A stretch of DNA of 46,464 nucleotides from Gaiellaceae bacterium. GTDB taxonomy: Bacteria > Actinomycetota > Thermoleophilia > Gaiellales > Gaiellaceae. Made by a program: the position numbers and the translations under genes. The stretch spans positions 1 to 46,464 of the forward strand of contig DASQQF010000147.1 in the NCBI GenBank assembly GCA_035643535.1. Reading direction: 5' to 3'. Of this stretch, positions 35,113 through 44,500 are shown in pieces. How positions within the stretch are numbered: position 1 is the stretch's first letter; every line of letters starts with the position of its first letter. Under the pieces are notes generated by a model. That model had not been told where the DNA came from. It saw only the letters and a list, made by a program, of their open reading frames with translations, and made no database searches.

Positions 35113-35733
35113 TCAGGCGGAGCGCTTCTCGGCGACGGTGTGGAGCCGGTCGCGGATCTGGGCGGCGTCGGCGCCGACGTCCTCGAGGCGCGGCAGTTCG
35201 GAAAGGCTCTCGAGCCCGAAGACGCGCTCGAAGAGCGGCGTCGTGCGGTAGCGGACGGCGCCGCCGGTGCCGTCGTCGCGGCCCGCCTCGGCGACGAGTC
35301 CGCGCTCGACGAGGTTCGCCACGGCCGAATCGGCGGCCACGCCGCGGATCCGAGCGATCTCCGGCCGCGTGCACGGCCCGAGGTACGCGACGATCGCGAG
35401 GGTCTCGAGCGCCGCCTGGGACAGGTTCCGCTGCGCCGGCCGCTCGAACAGCCGCCCGCAGGCCTCTGCCGCCTCGCGTGCGGCCCGCAGCGCCCAGCCG
35501 CCGGCGACGTGCTCGAGCACGATCCCGCTCCGCCCCTCGGCGAAGCGCTCGCCGACGAGCCGCAGGGCGTCCTCGACCCGCTCGGGTTCGTCGTCCGCCG
35601 CCGCCGCGAGCTCGTCGGTCGCAAGCGGGGCCGAGGCGACGACGAGCAGCGCCTCGAGCGTCCGCGCGAGCTCGTCGAGCGGGTCGCCCTCGTCGACCGG
35701 ATGAGTCGGGATCAGGCGGAGCGGACGGTCCAT
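35113..35733 (-). CDS. scpB: Segregation and condensation protein B
   Basis: 206 aa from ATG 35733: LEALLVVASAPL, SQAALETLAIVAYLGPCTRPEIARIRGV (winged helix), RYRTTPLF. Confidence 0.85.
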   Translation of the reverse strand: MDRPLRLIPTHPVDEGDPLDELARTLEALLVVASAPLATDELAAAADDEPERVEDALRLVGERFAEGRSGIVLEHVAGGWALRAAREAAEACGRLFERPAQRNLSQAALETLAIVAYLGPCTRPEIARIRGVAADSAVANLVERGLVAEAGRDDGTGGAVRYRTTPLFERVFGLESLSELPRLEDVGADAAQIRDRLHTVAEKRSA

Positions 35734-36485
35734 GCGCCATCGGTCCTTTCGTCTCGAGAACGGTTCTCCTCCCGGCGACCCAGCACCCGGATCGGCGCGA
35801 AGGGCGCAGCCTGCTCGAGTGCGACCTCGCCGCCCCGTCGCAGGTCGAGCAGCGCGAGGAACGCGACCGCCTGCTCGACGCGCGAGAGACCGGCGACCTC
35901 GCCGTCGAAGTCGAAGCGGGAGCGGCGCCGCAGCACGGCGCGGAAGCGCTCGAGGAACTGCGAGACCGGCGGGAACCGGAGCGCCATGTGCGCGAGCGAG
36001 ACCGCCGGCGGCTCCTGCGCGAGCAGCCGGAGCGCCTGCGCGAGCGCGGCGGGATCCTGCGGCGCGAGCGGCGTCTCGACCTTCGGCGCGAGCGGCGCCG
36101 GCCCGAGCCGGAAGAAGCGGTCGCCCTCGGCGGCCAGACGCTCGCGCAGCCAGCCTGCCGCCTCCTTCGCGCGCCGGTACTCGGCGAGCCGCCGAGCGAG
36201 CTCCTCGGCCGCCTCCTCCGGCTCGAGCTCGGCGAGCTCGGCGGCCTCCTCGGGGAAGAGCGCGCGCGCCTTCAGCTCGAGCAGCGCCGCGATCAGGACG
36301 AGGAACTCCCCGCACGCCTCCAGGTCGAGCTGCTCACGTTCGTCGAGCCGCTCGAGGAAGGCGGACACGATGCCGGCGAGATCGACGTCGCGCAGGTCGA
36401 GCTCCTCCTTGAGGACGAGCGCGAGCAGCAGGTCGAACGGCCCCTCGAACGCGTCGAGGTCGAGGGCGAGCTCCCGGACGATCAC
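35712..36485 (-). CDS. scpA: Segregation and condensation protein A
   Basis: The GTG at 36485 gives VIVRELALDLDAFEGPFDLLLALVLKEELDL (the FEGPLDLLL motif near the N-terminus). It overlaps scpB by 22 nt. The longer track start at 36557 would overlap lgt. Confidence 0.8.
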   Translation of the reverse strand: MIVRELALDLDAFEGPFDLLLALVLKEELDLRDVDLAGIVSAFLERLDEREQLDLEACGEFLVLIAALLELKARALFPEEAAELAELEPEEAAEELARRLAEYRRAKEAAGWLRERLAAEGDRFFRLGPAPLAPKVETPLAPQDPAALAQALRLLAQEPPAVSLAHMALRFPPVSQFLERFRAVLRRRSRFDFDGEVAGLSRVEQAVAFLALLDLRRGGEVALEQAAPFAPIRVLGRREENRSRDERTDGAWTVRSA

Positions 36486-36504
36486 CGTCGGGACGCTAAC
36501 GGCG

Positions 36505-37419
36505 CTACCGGACGCGGCCCTTGGGGACGGCCATCCGCGGCCCTGTCGGCACCGCACGCGATTGCCTCGCCGGCACCGCCGACGGCCGGCGGAGGAACTG
36601 CCACCAGACGAAGAAGGCAGCCGAGATGATCCAGATCCCGAGCGAGACCCAGAAGTTGATCCGCATCCCGAGGAAGTAGTTGGACGGGTCGATCCGCAGC
36701 ACTTCCTCGTACGTGCGGAACGTCGTGTACCAGACGACGTAGAGGGCGAAGAGCGCAGGCCGCCGCAGTTTGAAGCGGCGGTCGAGCCACACGAGCAGGG
36801 CGACGCCGATCCCGTCCCAGAGGAACTCGTAGAGGAACGTCGGCGTGTAGTAGCCGAAGGGGCTTTGCCGGTAGCGCGGGAAGATCCCGAACTGGTGGGC
36901 CCGGTCGATCCGCAGCGCCCAGGGCAGGTTCGTCGGCTTCCCGTACAGCTCCTGGTTCCAGTAGTTGCCCCAGCGGCCGATCGCCTGCGCGAGCAGGAGG
37001 CCGGGAGCCACCGCGTCCATGAAGAGCCGGATGCTGTTGCCGGAGCGGCGGACGATCCACGCCCCCGCGAAGGCGCCGAACGGGATCGCCCCCCAGATTC
37101 CGAGCCCGCCGTCCCAGACCGCGGCGAACCCCCACCAGGGATGCGAGCCGCCCGGCTGGCCGAGCAGCGGGTCCTGGTTCCAGCTCGTGATGTCGTGGTA
37201 GAGGCGCGCCCCGACGATGCCGCCGATCACGCCCCAGAGCGCGACGCGGTAGACGAGATCCCAGTCGCCGCCCCAGCGCACCCAGCGCCGCCCGGTCAGC
37301 CAGATGCAGCCGGCGATGCCGAGCAGCAGCATCACGCCGTACATGTGCAGCGTGAACGGCCCGAGCTGGAAGGTGCCCGTCGAGGGCGACGGGATGTACC
37401 CGAGCAGGTCGGCGCTCAC
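36505..37419 (-). CDS. lgt: Prolipoprotein diacylglyceryl transferase
   Basis: 304 aa with a GTG start. Polytopic, with HMYGVMLLLG, GARLYH and the GRWGNYWNQELYG signature. Confidence 0.9.
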   Translation of the reverse strand: MSADLLGYIPSPSTGTFQLGPFTLHMYGVMLLLGIAGCIWLTGRRWVRWGGDWDLVYRVALWGVIGGIVGARLYHDITSWNQDPLLGQPGGSHPWWGFAAVWDGGLGIWGAIPFGAFAGAWIVRRSGNSIRLFMDAVAPGLLLAQAIGRWGNYWNQELYGKPTNLPWALRIDRAHQFGIFPRYRQSPFGYYTPTFLYEFLWDGIGVALLVWLDRRFKLRRPALFALYVVWYTTFRTYEEVLRIDPSNYFLGMRINFWVSLGIWIISAAFFVWWQFLRRPSAVPARQSRAVPTGPRMAVPKGRVR

Positions 37420-37458
37420 GGAGCCATTGTGCCGACCGGCGGCCGGGCCGGGCTGCGC

Positions 37459-37656
37459 CTACCGGAGGATGAGGACGGCGAGGTCGGCCGGGCAGCCGCG
37501 CTCGAGCAGCGAGATCGCGTCGTGCAGGTCGACGTCGAGCCGGCCGGCGAGCTCGACGGCGTCGTCGTGCTCGTAACCGGCGCGCTCGAGCTCCTCGGCG
37601 CGCCACCGCTCCACACGCTCCACCTCGGTCTCGACGATGTCATTCGCCACAGGCAT
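37459..37656 (-). CDS. Small hypothetical protein (65 aa)
   Basis: ATG at 37656: MPVANDIVETEVERVERWRAEELERAGYEHDDAVELAGRLDVDLHDAISLLERGCPADLAVLILR. Acidic and helical with an internal repeat-like pattern. No family recognised. An alternative start lies at 37677. Confidence 0.4.
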   Translation of the reverse strand: MPVANDIVETEVERVERWRAEELERAGYEHDDAVELAGRLDVDLHDAISLLERGCPADLAVLILR

Positions 37657-37756
37657 CCGCAGTCTCTGTCTCCCCATCTCGGGATAACGCGACACGCCCC
37701 ACTCCCCTTCCTGGGTGATCTTCACGGAATGGAGAAGGTTTCGGCGCAGGTACGCG

Positions 37757-40700
37757 CTACTGGACCGCCGCCTCGCCGAGCAGGAGACGCATCTCGGCGA
37801 AGAAGTCGGGGCCCGGATCGACACGATAGTCGGGCCCGAGCTCGAGCAGCTTCGAGCCGAGCGACGTGACGAGGTCGACGTACACCGGTGCGTCCCCGGG
37901 GAAATCGCGCACGACGTGCGCGAGCTCGCGGATCACGCCCGCGGGCGCGCTGCGCGCGTCGACCCTGAGCCGCACCTCGCGCCGCTCCGCACTCGCCGCG
38001 AACGGCGTGATCTCGAGCGCGACGAGCTTCGTCTCCCCCTGCTGCTTGTGGTCGACGCGGCCCTTGACGACGAGCACGGCGTCGGCGACGAGCAGGTCAC
38101 GAGCCGCGGCGTAGGTGGAGTTGAAGACGACGACCTCGATCCCGCCGGTGACGTCCTCGAGGCCGGCGAACGCCATCGGCTCGCCTCTCTTCGTCGTCGT
38201 CTGCCTGAGCGAGGCGACGATCCCGCCGACGACGACCGTCTCGCCGTCGCGCCGCTTCTCGACCTCGGCGAGGCCGCAGTCGGTCCTGCGGCGCAGCTGG
38301 TCGCGGATCGCGCTCAGCGGATGCTCGGAGACGTAGAGGCCCAGGCTCTCCTTCTCGAGCCGCAGCAGCGTCTGCTTGTCGGCCTCCACGACCGGGATCC
38401 GCGGCTCGTGGTCGCTCGAGGACGTGTCGGCGTCGCCGAGGTCGAAGATCGACGCCTGGCCGAGCAGCCGGTCGGCCTGGTGGCGCTGCGCGTACGCGAG
38501 CAGCTGGTCGAGCGTGCGCTCGTCGATGACGCCGAGCCGCGACGGCGTGATCCGGTCGAGCGCGCCGCATTTCGCGAGCGCCTCGAGCACGCGCCGGTTG
38601 AGGAGCTGGGCGTCGACGCGCGTCAGCAGGTCGCCGACCGACGCGAACGGCCCGCCCTCCTCGCGCGCGGCGACGATCGCGCGGCACGTCGCCTCGCCGA
38701 CGTTCTTCACCGCGTTCAGCCCGAAGCGGATCTTTCCCTCGACGACGGCGAAGTCGACCTGTGAGGAGTTCACGTCGGGTGGCAGCACCTCGATCCCGAG
38801 CTCGTGGCACGCGTTGACGTAGAACGGCACCTTGTCCTTCGTGTTCATCACCGAGGAGATGAGCGCCGCCATGTACTCGCGCGGATGGTTCGCGCGCAGC
38901 CAGGCGGTGCGGTACGAGATGAGCGCGTAGCAGGCGGCGTGCGACTTGTTGAACGAGTAGTCCTGCGCCTGCTCCATGTCGGCCCAGAGCTGCTGCGCGA
39001 CCGCGGCGGCGGTGCCGGTCGCGGCGCAACCCTCGAGGAACTTGCTCTTCAGCGACGCCATCAGGTCGTGCTTCTTCTTGCCGATCGCCTTGCGCAGATC
39101 GTCGGCCTCGGCGGGCGTGAAGCCGGCCAGGTGCTTCGCGATCTCCATGTACTGCTCCTGGTAGACGCAGATGCCGTACGTGGAGGCGGTGATCGGCTTC
39201 AGGCGCCCGTCGGGGTAGGAGACCGGCTCCTGGCCGTTCTTCCGGCGGGCGTAGACGGGGATGTAGGCCATCGGGCCGGGACGGTAGAGGGCGCCGAGCG
39301 CGATCAGGTCCTCGAACTCGGTCGGCTTCACCGAGCGGAGGGCGTCGCGCATCCCCGAGGACTCGAACTGGAAGACGCCGGTCGACTCGCCGCGCGCGAG
39401 CATCTCGTACGTCTTCCGGTCGTCGAGCGGGATCGTCGAGATGTCGAGGCCCGGCACGAGCTCGACCGCCTTCTCGATCACGTCGAGATTGCGGAGGCCG
39501 AGGAAATCCATCTTCAACAGGCCGAGCGCCTCGATCGTGACGCCGTCGAACTGGGTCACGACCTCCTGCTCGGCGCCCTTCTGCTGGACGGGGACGACGT
39601 TCGTCAGCGGCTCGGCGCCGATCACGACCGCCGCCGCGTGGATCCCGTCCTGCCGCGTGAGCCCCTCGAGCGGCTTCGCGAGATCGACGATCTCCTTCGC
39701 GGACGGGTCGGCGTCGTAGGCCTGCTTCAGCTCGGCCCCGGGCTTGAGGCACTCGTCGAGCGTCTGGCCGGGGCCCTCGGGGATGAGCTTCGCGATCCGG
39801 TCGACGACCCCGTACGGGTGCTCGAGCACGCGGCCCGCGTCACGGACGGCGGCGCGGGCGGCCATCGTCCCGAAGGTGATGATCTGGGCGACCCGGTCGC
39901 GGCCGTACTTCTCCCGGACGTAGTTGATGACGCGCTCGCGGCCCTCGACGGCGAAGTCGATGTCCATGTCCGGCATCGACTTTCGGCCCGGGTTGAGGAA
40001 GCGCTCGAACAGGAGCTCGTAGCGGATCGGGTCGAGGTCGGTGATCTCGAGGCAGTACGCGACGAGCGAGCCGGCCGCCGAGCCGCGGCCGGGGCCGACG
40101 GCGATCCCGTTCCGCTTCGCGAAGCCGACGAAGTCGGCGACGATCAGGAAGTAGTCGGAGAACCCCATCTCCCTGATCGTCTTCAGCTCGTACCGGAGCC
40201 GCTCGCGGAGCTCGGGCGTGACCGTCCCGTAGCGCCTCGCCGCACCGGCCTCGCACAGCTCGACGAGGTACTCGAACGCGTCGCGGCCCTCGGGGGTCTC
40301 GAACCTGGGAAGCAGGATCCTCCCGAGCTCGATCTCGACGTTGCACCGTTCCGCCACCTCGAGCGTCCGCCGCAGCGCGTGCTGGAGGCCGGGGAAGTCG
40401 GCGGCCATCTCCTCGGGCGTCTTGAAGTAGAAGTGGTCCGTCTCGAAGCGCCAGTGGTTCGGGTTGCGGAGCGAGTCGCCCGACTGGATGCAGAGCAGCG
40501 CCTCGTGGGCGCGCGCATCCTCGTGGCGGAGGTAGTGGACGTCGCCGGTCGCGACCGTCGGCAGGCCTCGCTTCGCGGCGAGCTCGACGAGCTGGGGGTT
40601 GATCCGCTGCTGGACGTCGAGGTGCGCGTTCTGGAGCTCGACGTAGACGTTGTCGCGGCCGAACACCTGCTCGAGCCGCTCGAGCTCCGCCTCGGCGTCG

Positions 40701-41149
40701 GCCGGCCGGTTCTCCTCGAGCGCCTTGCAGACGCGGCCCGAGAGGCAGCCCGACAGCGCGACGAGCCCCTTCCCGTAGGTCTGGAGCAGCTCCCAGTCGA
40801 CGCGCGGCTTGTAGTAGTAGCCCTCGAGATAGCCGAGCGAGGAGAGCTTGATCAGGTTGCCGTACCCCTCCGTCGTCTCCGCGAGCAGGGTCAGGTGCGC
40901 CTGCCCCTTCTGCTGCGCGTGCCGGTCGTCGGTGACGTAGACCTCACAACCGAGGACGGGCTTCACACCCTCGGCGCGCGCCGACTTGTAGAGGTCGACC
41001 GCGCCCGCGAGCGAGCCGTGGTCGGTGAGCGCGACCGCCGGCATCCCCAGCTCCGCCGCCCGCTTCGCGAGGTCCGGGATCCGGCAGGCCCCGTCGAGGA
41101 TCGAGTACTCGGAATGAACGTGGAGGTGGACGAACGGCGCTTCGGGCAC
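37757..41149 (-). CDS. dnaE: DNA polymerase III subunit alpha
   Basis: 1130 aa with a GTG start. It has the PHP domain FVHLHVHSEYSILDG, the polymerase core and an OB-fold region. Confidence 0.95.
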   Translation of the reverse strand: MPEAPFVHLHVHSEYSILDGACRIPDLAKRAAELGMPAVALTDHGSLAGAVDLYKSARAEGVKPVLGCEVYVTDDRHAQQKGQAHLTLLAETTEGYGNLIKLSSLGYLEGYYYKPRVDWELLQTYGKGLVALSGCLSGRVCKALEENRPADAEAELERLEQVFGRDNVYVELQNAHLDVQQRINPQLVELAAKRGLPTVATGDVHYLRHEDARAHEALLCIQSGDSLRNPNHWRFETDHFYFKTPEEMAADFPGLQHALRRTLEVAERCNVEIELGRILLPRFETPEGRDAFEYLVELCEAGAARRYGTVTPELRERLRYELKTIREMGFSDYFLIVADFVGFAKRNGIAVGPGRGSAAGSLVAYCLEITDLDPIRYELLFERFLNPGRKSMPDMDIDFAVEGRERVINYVREKYGRDRVAQIITFGTMAARAAVRDAGRVLEHPYGVVDRIAKLIPEGPGQTLDECLKPGAELKQAYDADPSAKEIVDLAKPLEGLTRQDGIHAAAVVIGAEPLTNVVPVQQKGAEQEVVTQFDGVTIEALGLLKMDFLGLRNLDVIEKAVELVPGLDISTIPLDDRKTYEMLARGESTGVFQFESSGMRDALRSVKPTEFEDLIALGALYRPGPMAYIPVYARRKNGQEPVSYPDGRLKPITASTYGICVYQEQYMEIAKHLAGFTPAEADDLRKAIGKKKHDLMASLKSKFLEGCAATGTAAAVAQQLWADMEQAQDYSFNKSHAACYALISYRTAWLRANHPREYMAALISSVMNTKDKVPFYVNACHELGIEVLPPDVNSSQVDFAVVEGKIRFGLNAVKNVGEATCRAIVAAREEGGPFASVGDLLTRVDAQLLNRRVLEALAKCGALDRITPSRLGVIDERTLDQLLAYAQRHQADRLLGQASIFDLGDADTSSSDHEPRIPVVEADKQTLLRLEKESLGLYVSEHPLSAIRDQLRRRTDCGLAEVEKRRDGETVVVGGIVASLRQTTTKRGEPMAFAGLEDVTGGIEVVVFNSTYAAARDLLVADAVLVVKGRVDHKQQGETKLVALEITPFAASAERREVRLRVDARSAPAGVIRELAHVVRDFPGDAPVYVDLVTSLGSKLLELGPDYRVDPGPDFFAEMRLLLGEAAVQ

Positions 41150-41275
41150 GGGGAATCGATCGTACTCCCCCGCCTTGACGGCGCCCGAACGCGCGGATCG
41201 CCACGTGCTCGAGGGAGGACGGGCGGGGTCACGCAGCCGAAGATGCCGCCGGCGCAGCCAGGCGCTCGCTCCCTC

Positions 41276-42532
41276 TCAGCCGGCGACGACCGGCTGCGCG
41301 GGCTGCTCGGGCTGGGCTTCGTCGCGCCGCTGCAGCCGCCTCACGCTCGGCGCCGCGAGGATCGCGGCGACGGAGGCGAGGTTGATCGCCGCTGCGATCC
41401 AGAGCGTGCGGCTCATCCCGATCGCGACGGCCGCCACTCCTGCGAGGGCGAGTCCGAGCGGCTGGCAGAGCACCGAACCGAACCAGTCGTAGGCGCTGAC
41501 GCGTGAGAGCGCCGCGGGCGAAACGTGCTGTTGCAGGGTCGTCTCCCAGAGCGTGTTGAAGAGCATGTTCCCGAAGCCGGTGGCGAGCTCGGCGACGACG
41601 AGGGTCTCCCAGGGGAGTCTCAGCGCGAGCAGGACGAGCGGCACCGCGTTCGGCGCGACCACGAGGGAGGCGACGAGCAGCGGGAGCCGCGGCTTGATGC
41701 GCAGCGCGGTCGCTCCGGCGGCGAGTGCACCGACGGCCGACGCGACGAGGATCGCCGTCCATGCACCGGCGCCGCCGTGCCCCTCCTTGATCCACGCCGC
41801 GGCGAGCACGAACCAGACCGACGCCGTCATGTTCGAGAGGGACGCACTGACGACGATCAGCCAGACCCACGTGCGCCCGGCGAACTCGTGCCAGCCGTCG
41901 AGCAGGTCGCGCGCGAACGACTGCGGCGGCAGCTTGATGTGCATCGGCAGGCGCAGGCGCGCGAGATAGAACGCGCTGACCCCGAAACTCGCCGCATCGA
42001 CGGCCAGCGCGTAGCCCGGGCCGACGGTCACGATGAGGACGCCGGCCAGCGCGGGCCCGACGAGCTGCATCGACGCCATCGACATCCCGCGCAGGGCGTT
42101 CGCCTCCTGCAGCCGCTTCGCGCTGACGGTCATCGGCGTGAGTCCGGTCGAGGCGGGGTTGAAGAACGCCGTCGCCGTGCCGGCGAAGGCTTGCAGCACG
42201 ACCAGCTCCCAGACGTGCGCGGTGTGCGTGAGCAACAGTGCGGCGGTCGCCGCCTGGATGCCCATGCGCCCGAGGTCGGCGACGAGCATCACGCCGCGCC
42301 GTGGCAGCCGGTCGGCGAAGACGCCGCCGGCGAGCAGGAAGACGACGAGGGGCGCCGTCTCCGCCGCGACGACGAAGCCGAGGTCGCGTGCCGATCCCGT
42401 CAGGTCGAGCACCGCCCAGGCGAGCGCGAACGGCGTGAAGGCGCTGCCCAGCAGCGACACGAGCTGCCCCGTGAAGAACAGGCGGAACTCGCGCTCCTGG
42501 AGCGGACCGAGCGGGATCCGCGGCACCGTCAT
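41276..42532 (-). CDS. MFS transporter (EntS/MFS_3-like)
   Basis: 418 aa with about 12 hydrophobic segments. The N-terminus REFRLFFTGQLVSLLGS and the GGVFADRLPRR loop are typical. Confidence 0.85.
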   Translation of the reverse strand: MTVPRIPLGPLQEREFRLFFTGQLVSLLGSAFTPFALAWAVLDLTGSARDLGFVVAAETAPLVVFLLAGGVFADRLPRRGVMLVADLGRMGIQAATAALLLTHTAHVWELVVLQAFAGTATAFFNPASTGLTPMTVSAKRLQEANALRGMSMASMQLVGPALAGVLIVTVGPGYALAVDAASFGVSAFYLARLRLPMHIKLPPQSFARDLLDGWHEFAGRTWVWLIVVSASLSNMTASVWFVLAAAWIKEGHGGAGAWTAILVASAVGALAAGATALRIKPRLPLLVASLVVAPNAVPLVLLALRLPWETLVVAELATGFGNMLFNTLWETTLQQHVSPAALSRVSAYDWFGSVLCQPLGLALAGVAAVAIGMSRTLWIAAAINLASVAAILAAPSVRRLQRRDEAQPEQPAQPVVAG

Positions 42533-42577
42533 GCGACGAACGCTACGGCACCGCTCCGGCGCATCGACCGAGCCCCT

Positions 42578-42889
42578 TCAGGCCGACGGGAAGCCCCGGC
42601 TCGTCCACTCGCGCGCCAGGACGGCGTAGACGAGTTCGCTCTGCCACTCGCCTTGACCCACTCGTTCTCGACGAAACGGGCCTCGAGACGCATCCCGAGC
42701 CTCTGGAGCACTGGATCGAAGCCGCGTTGCGAGCCTCCGTCCGGCCGATGACGCGGTGGAGGCCGGCCGACGCGAACGCCCAGTCGACCAGTGCGCGGGC
42801 GGCCTCGGTCGCAAAGCCCTTCCCTGGTGACGCGGGCCGAAGACGAAGCCGATCTCGGCAGTCCTGTCACCGGGCCGACGACCCCGGGC
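42578..42889 (-). pseudogene. N-terminally truncated, triple-frameshifted remnant of a RimJ/RimL-type GNAT acetyltransferase
   Basis: GNAT-like segments lie in three minus-strand frames. Joined, they read TAEIGFVFGPRHQG/KGFATEAARALVDWAFASAGLHRVIGRTEARNAASIQ/VLQRLGMRLEARFVENEWVK/GEWQSELVYAVLAREW. Each junction is explained by loss of one G in a G-run (near 42823, 42711 and 42651). Sequence for the N-terminal roughly 70 aa is absent. Confidence 0.6.
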
Positions 42890-42891
42890 CC

Positions 42892-43323
42892 TCACTTCTC
42901 TCCGGCAGCGCGAAGCGCCGCCTCGAGGCGGTCGAGCTTGCCGTCGAGCGAGTCGAGGCGGCTCTCGATGCGCTGCAGCTCCGACAGCTCCTCGCCCGTC
43001 TCCCTCGCCGCACGCTCGGCGATCACCCGGGTGACGAAGGTGGACGTTATCGCCGCCGTGACGATCGCCAGGAATGCGATGCCCTCGAACATGACGAACG
43101 CCGCCACGAGCCGGCCGCCCACGTGCTTCGGCGTCACGTCGCCGTAGCCGACGGTCGTCACGGTCTGGAGCGCCCACCACATGCCTTTCCAGACGCTCGG
43201 ATACTCCGAGCGGTCGACCACCCGCATGAGCACGCCGCCCACCACGACGACGAAGGCGGTGGCAGCGACGATCGTCCTCGCGGCGAGCCGCGCGGACGGC
43301 GGCTCCTGGAGAACTCGGGCCAT
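42892..43323 (-). CDS. Two-TM potassium channel (KcsA-like) with a C-terminal coiled-coil tail
   Basis: TVGYGD selectivity filter flanked by two hydrophobic helices. The C-terminus reads ELSELQRIESRLDSLDGKLDRLEAAL. ATG at 43323 is preferred; an upstream in-frame GTG at 43413 is possible. Confidence 0.8.
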   Translation of the reverse strand: MARVLQEPPSARLAARTIVAATAFVVVVGGVLMRVVDRSEYPSVWKGMWWALQTVTTVGYGDVTPKHVGGRLVAAFVMFEGIAFLAIVTAAITSTFVTRVIAERAARETGEELSELQRIESRLDSLDGKLDRLEAALRAAGEK

Positions 43324-43499
43324 GCGCCGCTCGATCGGGGTCAGCCGCACTCCCCGTCGCACGTTACGGACGCGACCGGATGCTCGGACCTCGCGGAGCG
43401 CCGAGAGGACCACGGCTCCTCAAGTCTCGAGCGGCCTCAGTTCCATTCGACCCGTTCGCGCCAGACGGTCTTCCTGACCGGTCCACGTAGGATCCGCGC

Positions 43500-44006
43500 A
43501 TGGATCGCGCCGGGCTGCGGGCCGTGCAGAAGCCGCTCAAGGACCGCTACCGGGACGATCCCGCAGCCGCGGTCGTCACGCTCCGCGCCGAGGGCAGGCT
43601 CGAGGAGGAGCGGATCGCCTGCTCGGTCGCGACCGGACGTGCGCTCGTCGAGGCGGGGCTCCACCCCGCCACCGGCGGCACGGGCGCGCTCGCCTGCTCG
43701 GGCGACATGCTCCTCGAGGCGCTCGTCGCATGCGCCGGCGTCACCCTCCGCTCGGTCGCGACCTCGATGGAGCTCCGCGTCGCCGGCAGCGTCCACGCCG
43801 AGGGCGAGCTCGACTTCCGAGGCACGCTCGGCGTCGATCGCGAGGCGCCGGTCGGCTTCGCCGCGATCCGGCTCCGCTTCGAGCTCGAGACGGACGCCTC
43901 GGAGGAAGAGCTCGCCAAGCTGCTCGAGCGGACGGAGCGCTACTGCGTCGTCTACCAGACGCTCGCCGGAGGCGTCCCCGTCGACCTCGCCTACGAGACG
44001 CGGTAG
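43500..44006 (+). CDS. OsmC/Ohr family peroxiredoxin-like protein
   Basis: 168 aa with the two conserved Cys contexts (LACSGDMLLEALVAC and ERYCVVYQTL). Confidence 0.8.
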   Translation: MDRAGLRAVQKPLKDRYRDDPAAAVVTLRAEGRLEEERIACSVATGRALVEAGLHPATGGTGALACSGDMLLEALVACAGVTLRSVATSMELRVAGSVHAEGELDFRGTLGVDREAPVGFAAIRLRFELETDASEEELAKLLERTERYCVVYQTLAGGVPVDLAYETR

Positions 44007-44500
44007 GCCATCAGGATCGCGTCGACGTACTCGCCGCCGCGCCGGTAGTGGCCCTTGCGGTACCCCTCCCGCTCGAAGCCGAACGAGTCGTAGAGCGCGA
44101 TCGCACCCGTGTTCCACGGGAAGACGTGCAGCTCGAGCTTGCGTACGCCGGCGCCGCGTGCCCAGTCGACCGCCGCCTGGAGCAGCGCCCGGCCGATTCC
44201 CTGCCGTCGCGCGCCGATGGCGACCATCAGGCCGACGTCGGCGACGTGGGCGCTCGCCGGGTGCGGGTCGCGGCCGACCGAGAGGCGTCCGACGATCCCC
44301 CCGTCCTCGCGCTCGGCGACGAACACGGCCGCGTGCGAGTAGCGGCGGAGCGCCTTCAGGTAGCGGCGCTCGTCGCCGGCGCTCCGCCATTCGCCGGCGA
44401 TGCTGATCAACCAGCCCTCGGGCTCGGCGCTCACGGCCTCCGCCAGCCGCGTCAGCTGCTCGGCGTCGGAGGGATCGGCGCGGCGGATCGTGAACGTCAT
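43991..44500 (-). CDS. GNAT family N-acetyltransferase
   Basis: 169 aa: VAIGARRQGIGRALL (acetyl-CoA Q/RxxGxG/A motif) and NTGAIALYDSFGFEREG. Its ATG overlaps the upstream GGT-like stop (ATGA). Confidence 0.85.
   Translation of the reverse strand: MTFTIRRADPSDAEQLTRLAEAVSAEPEGWLISIAGEWRSAGDERRYLKALRRYSHAAVFVAEREDGGIVGRLSVGRDPHPASAHVADVGLMVAIGARRQGIGRALLQAAVDWARGAGVRKLELHVFPWNTGAIALYDSFGFEREGYRKGHYRRGGEYVDAILMAYRVS

Noticed and set aside
36486-36557. Longer scpA start at 36557 and longer K+ channel start at 43413 (GTG).
   Set aside because: The scpA extension would overlap lgt by 53 nt and adds Arg/Gly-rich residues ahead of the conserved FEGPFDLLL N-terminus. The channel extension adds an Arg-rich segment, while the ATG at 43323 gives a KcsA-like N-terminus. 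Neither can be excluded without data.
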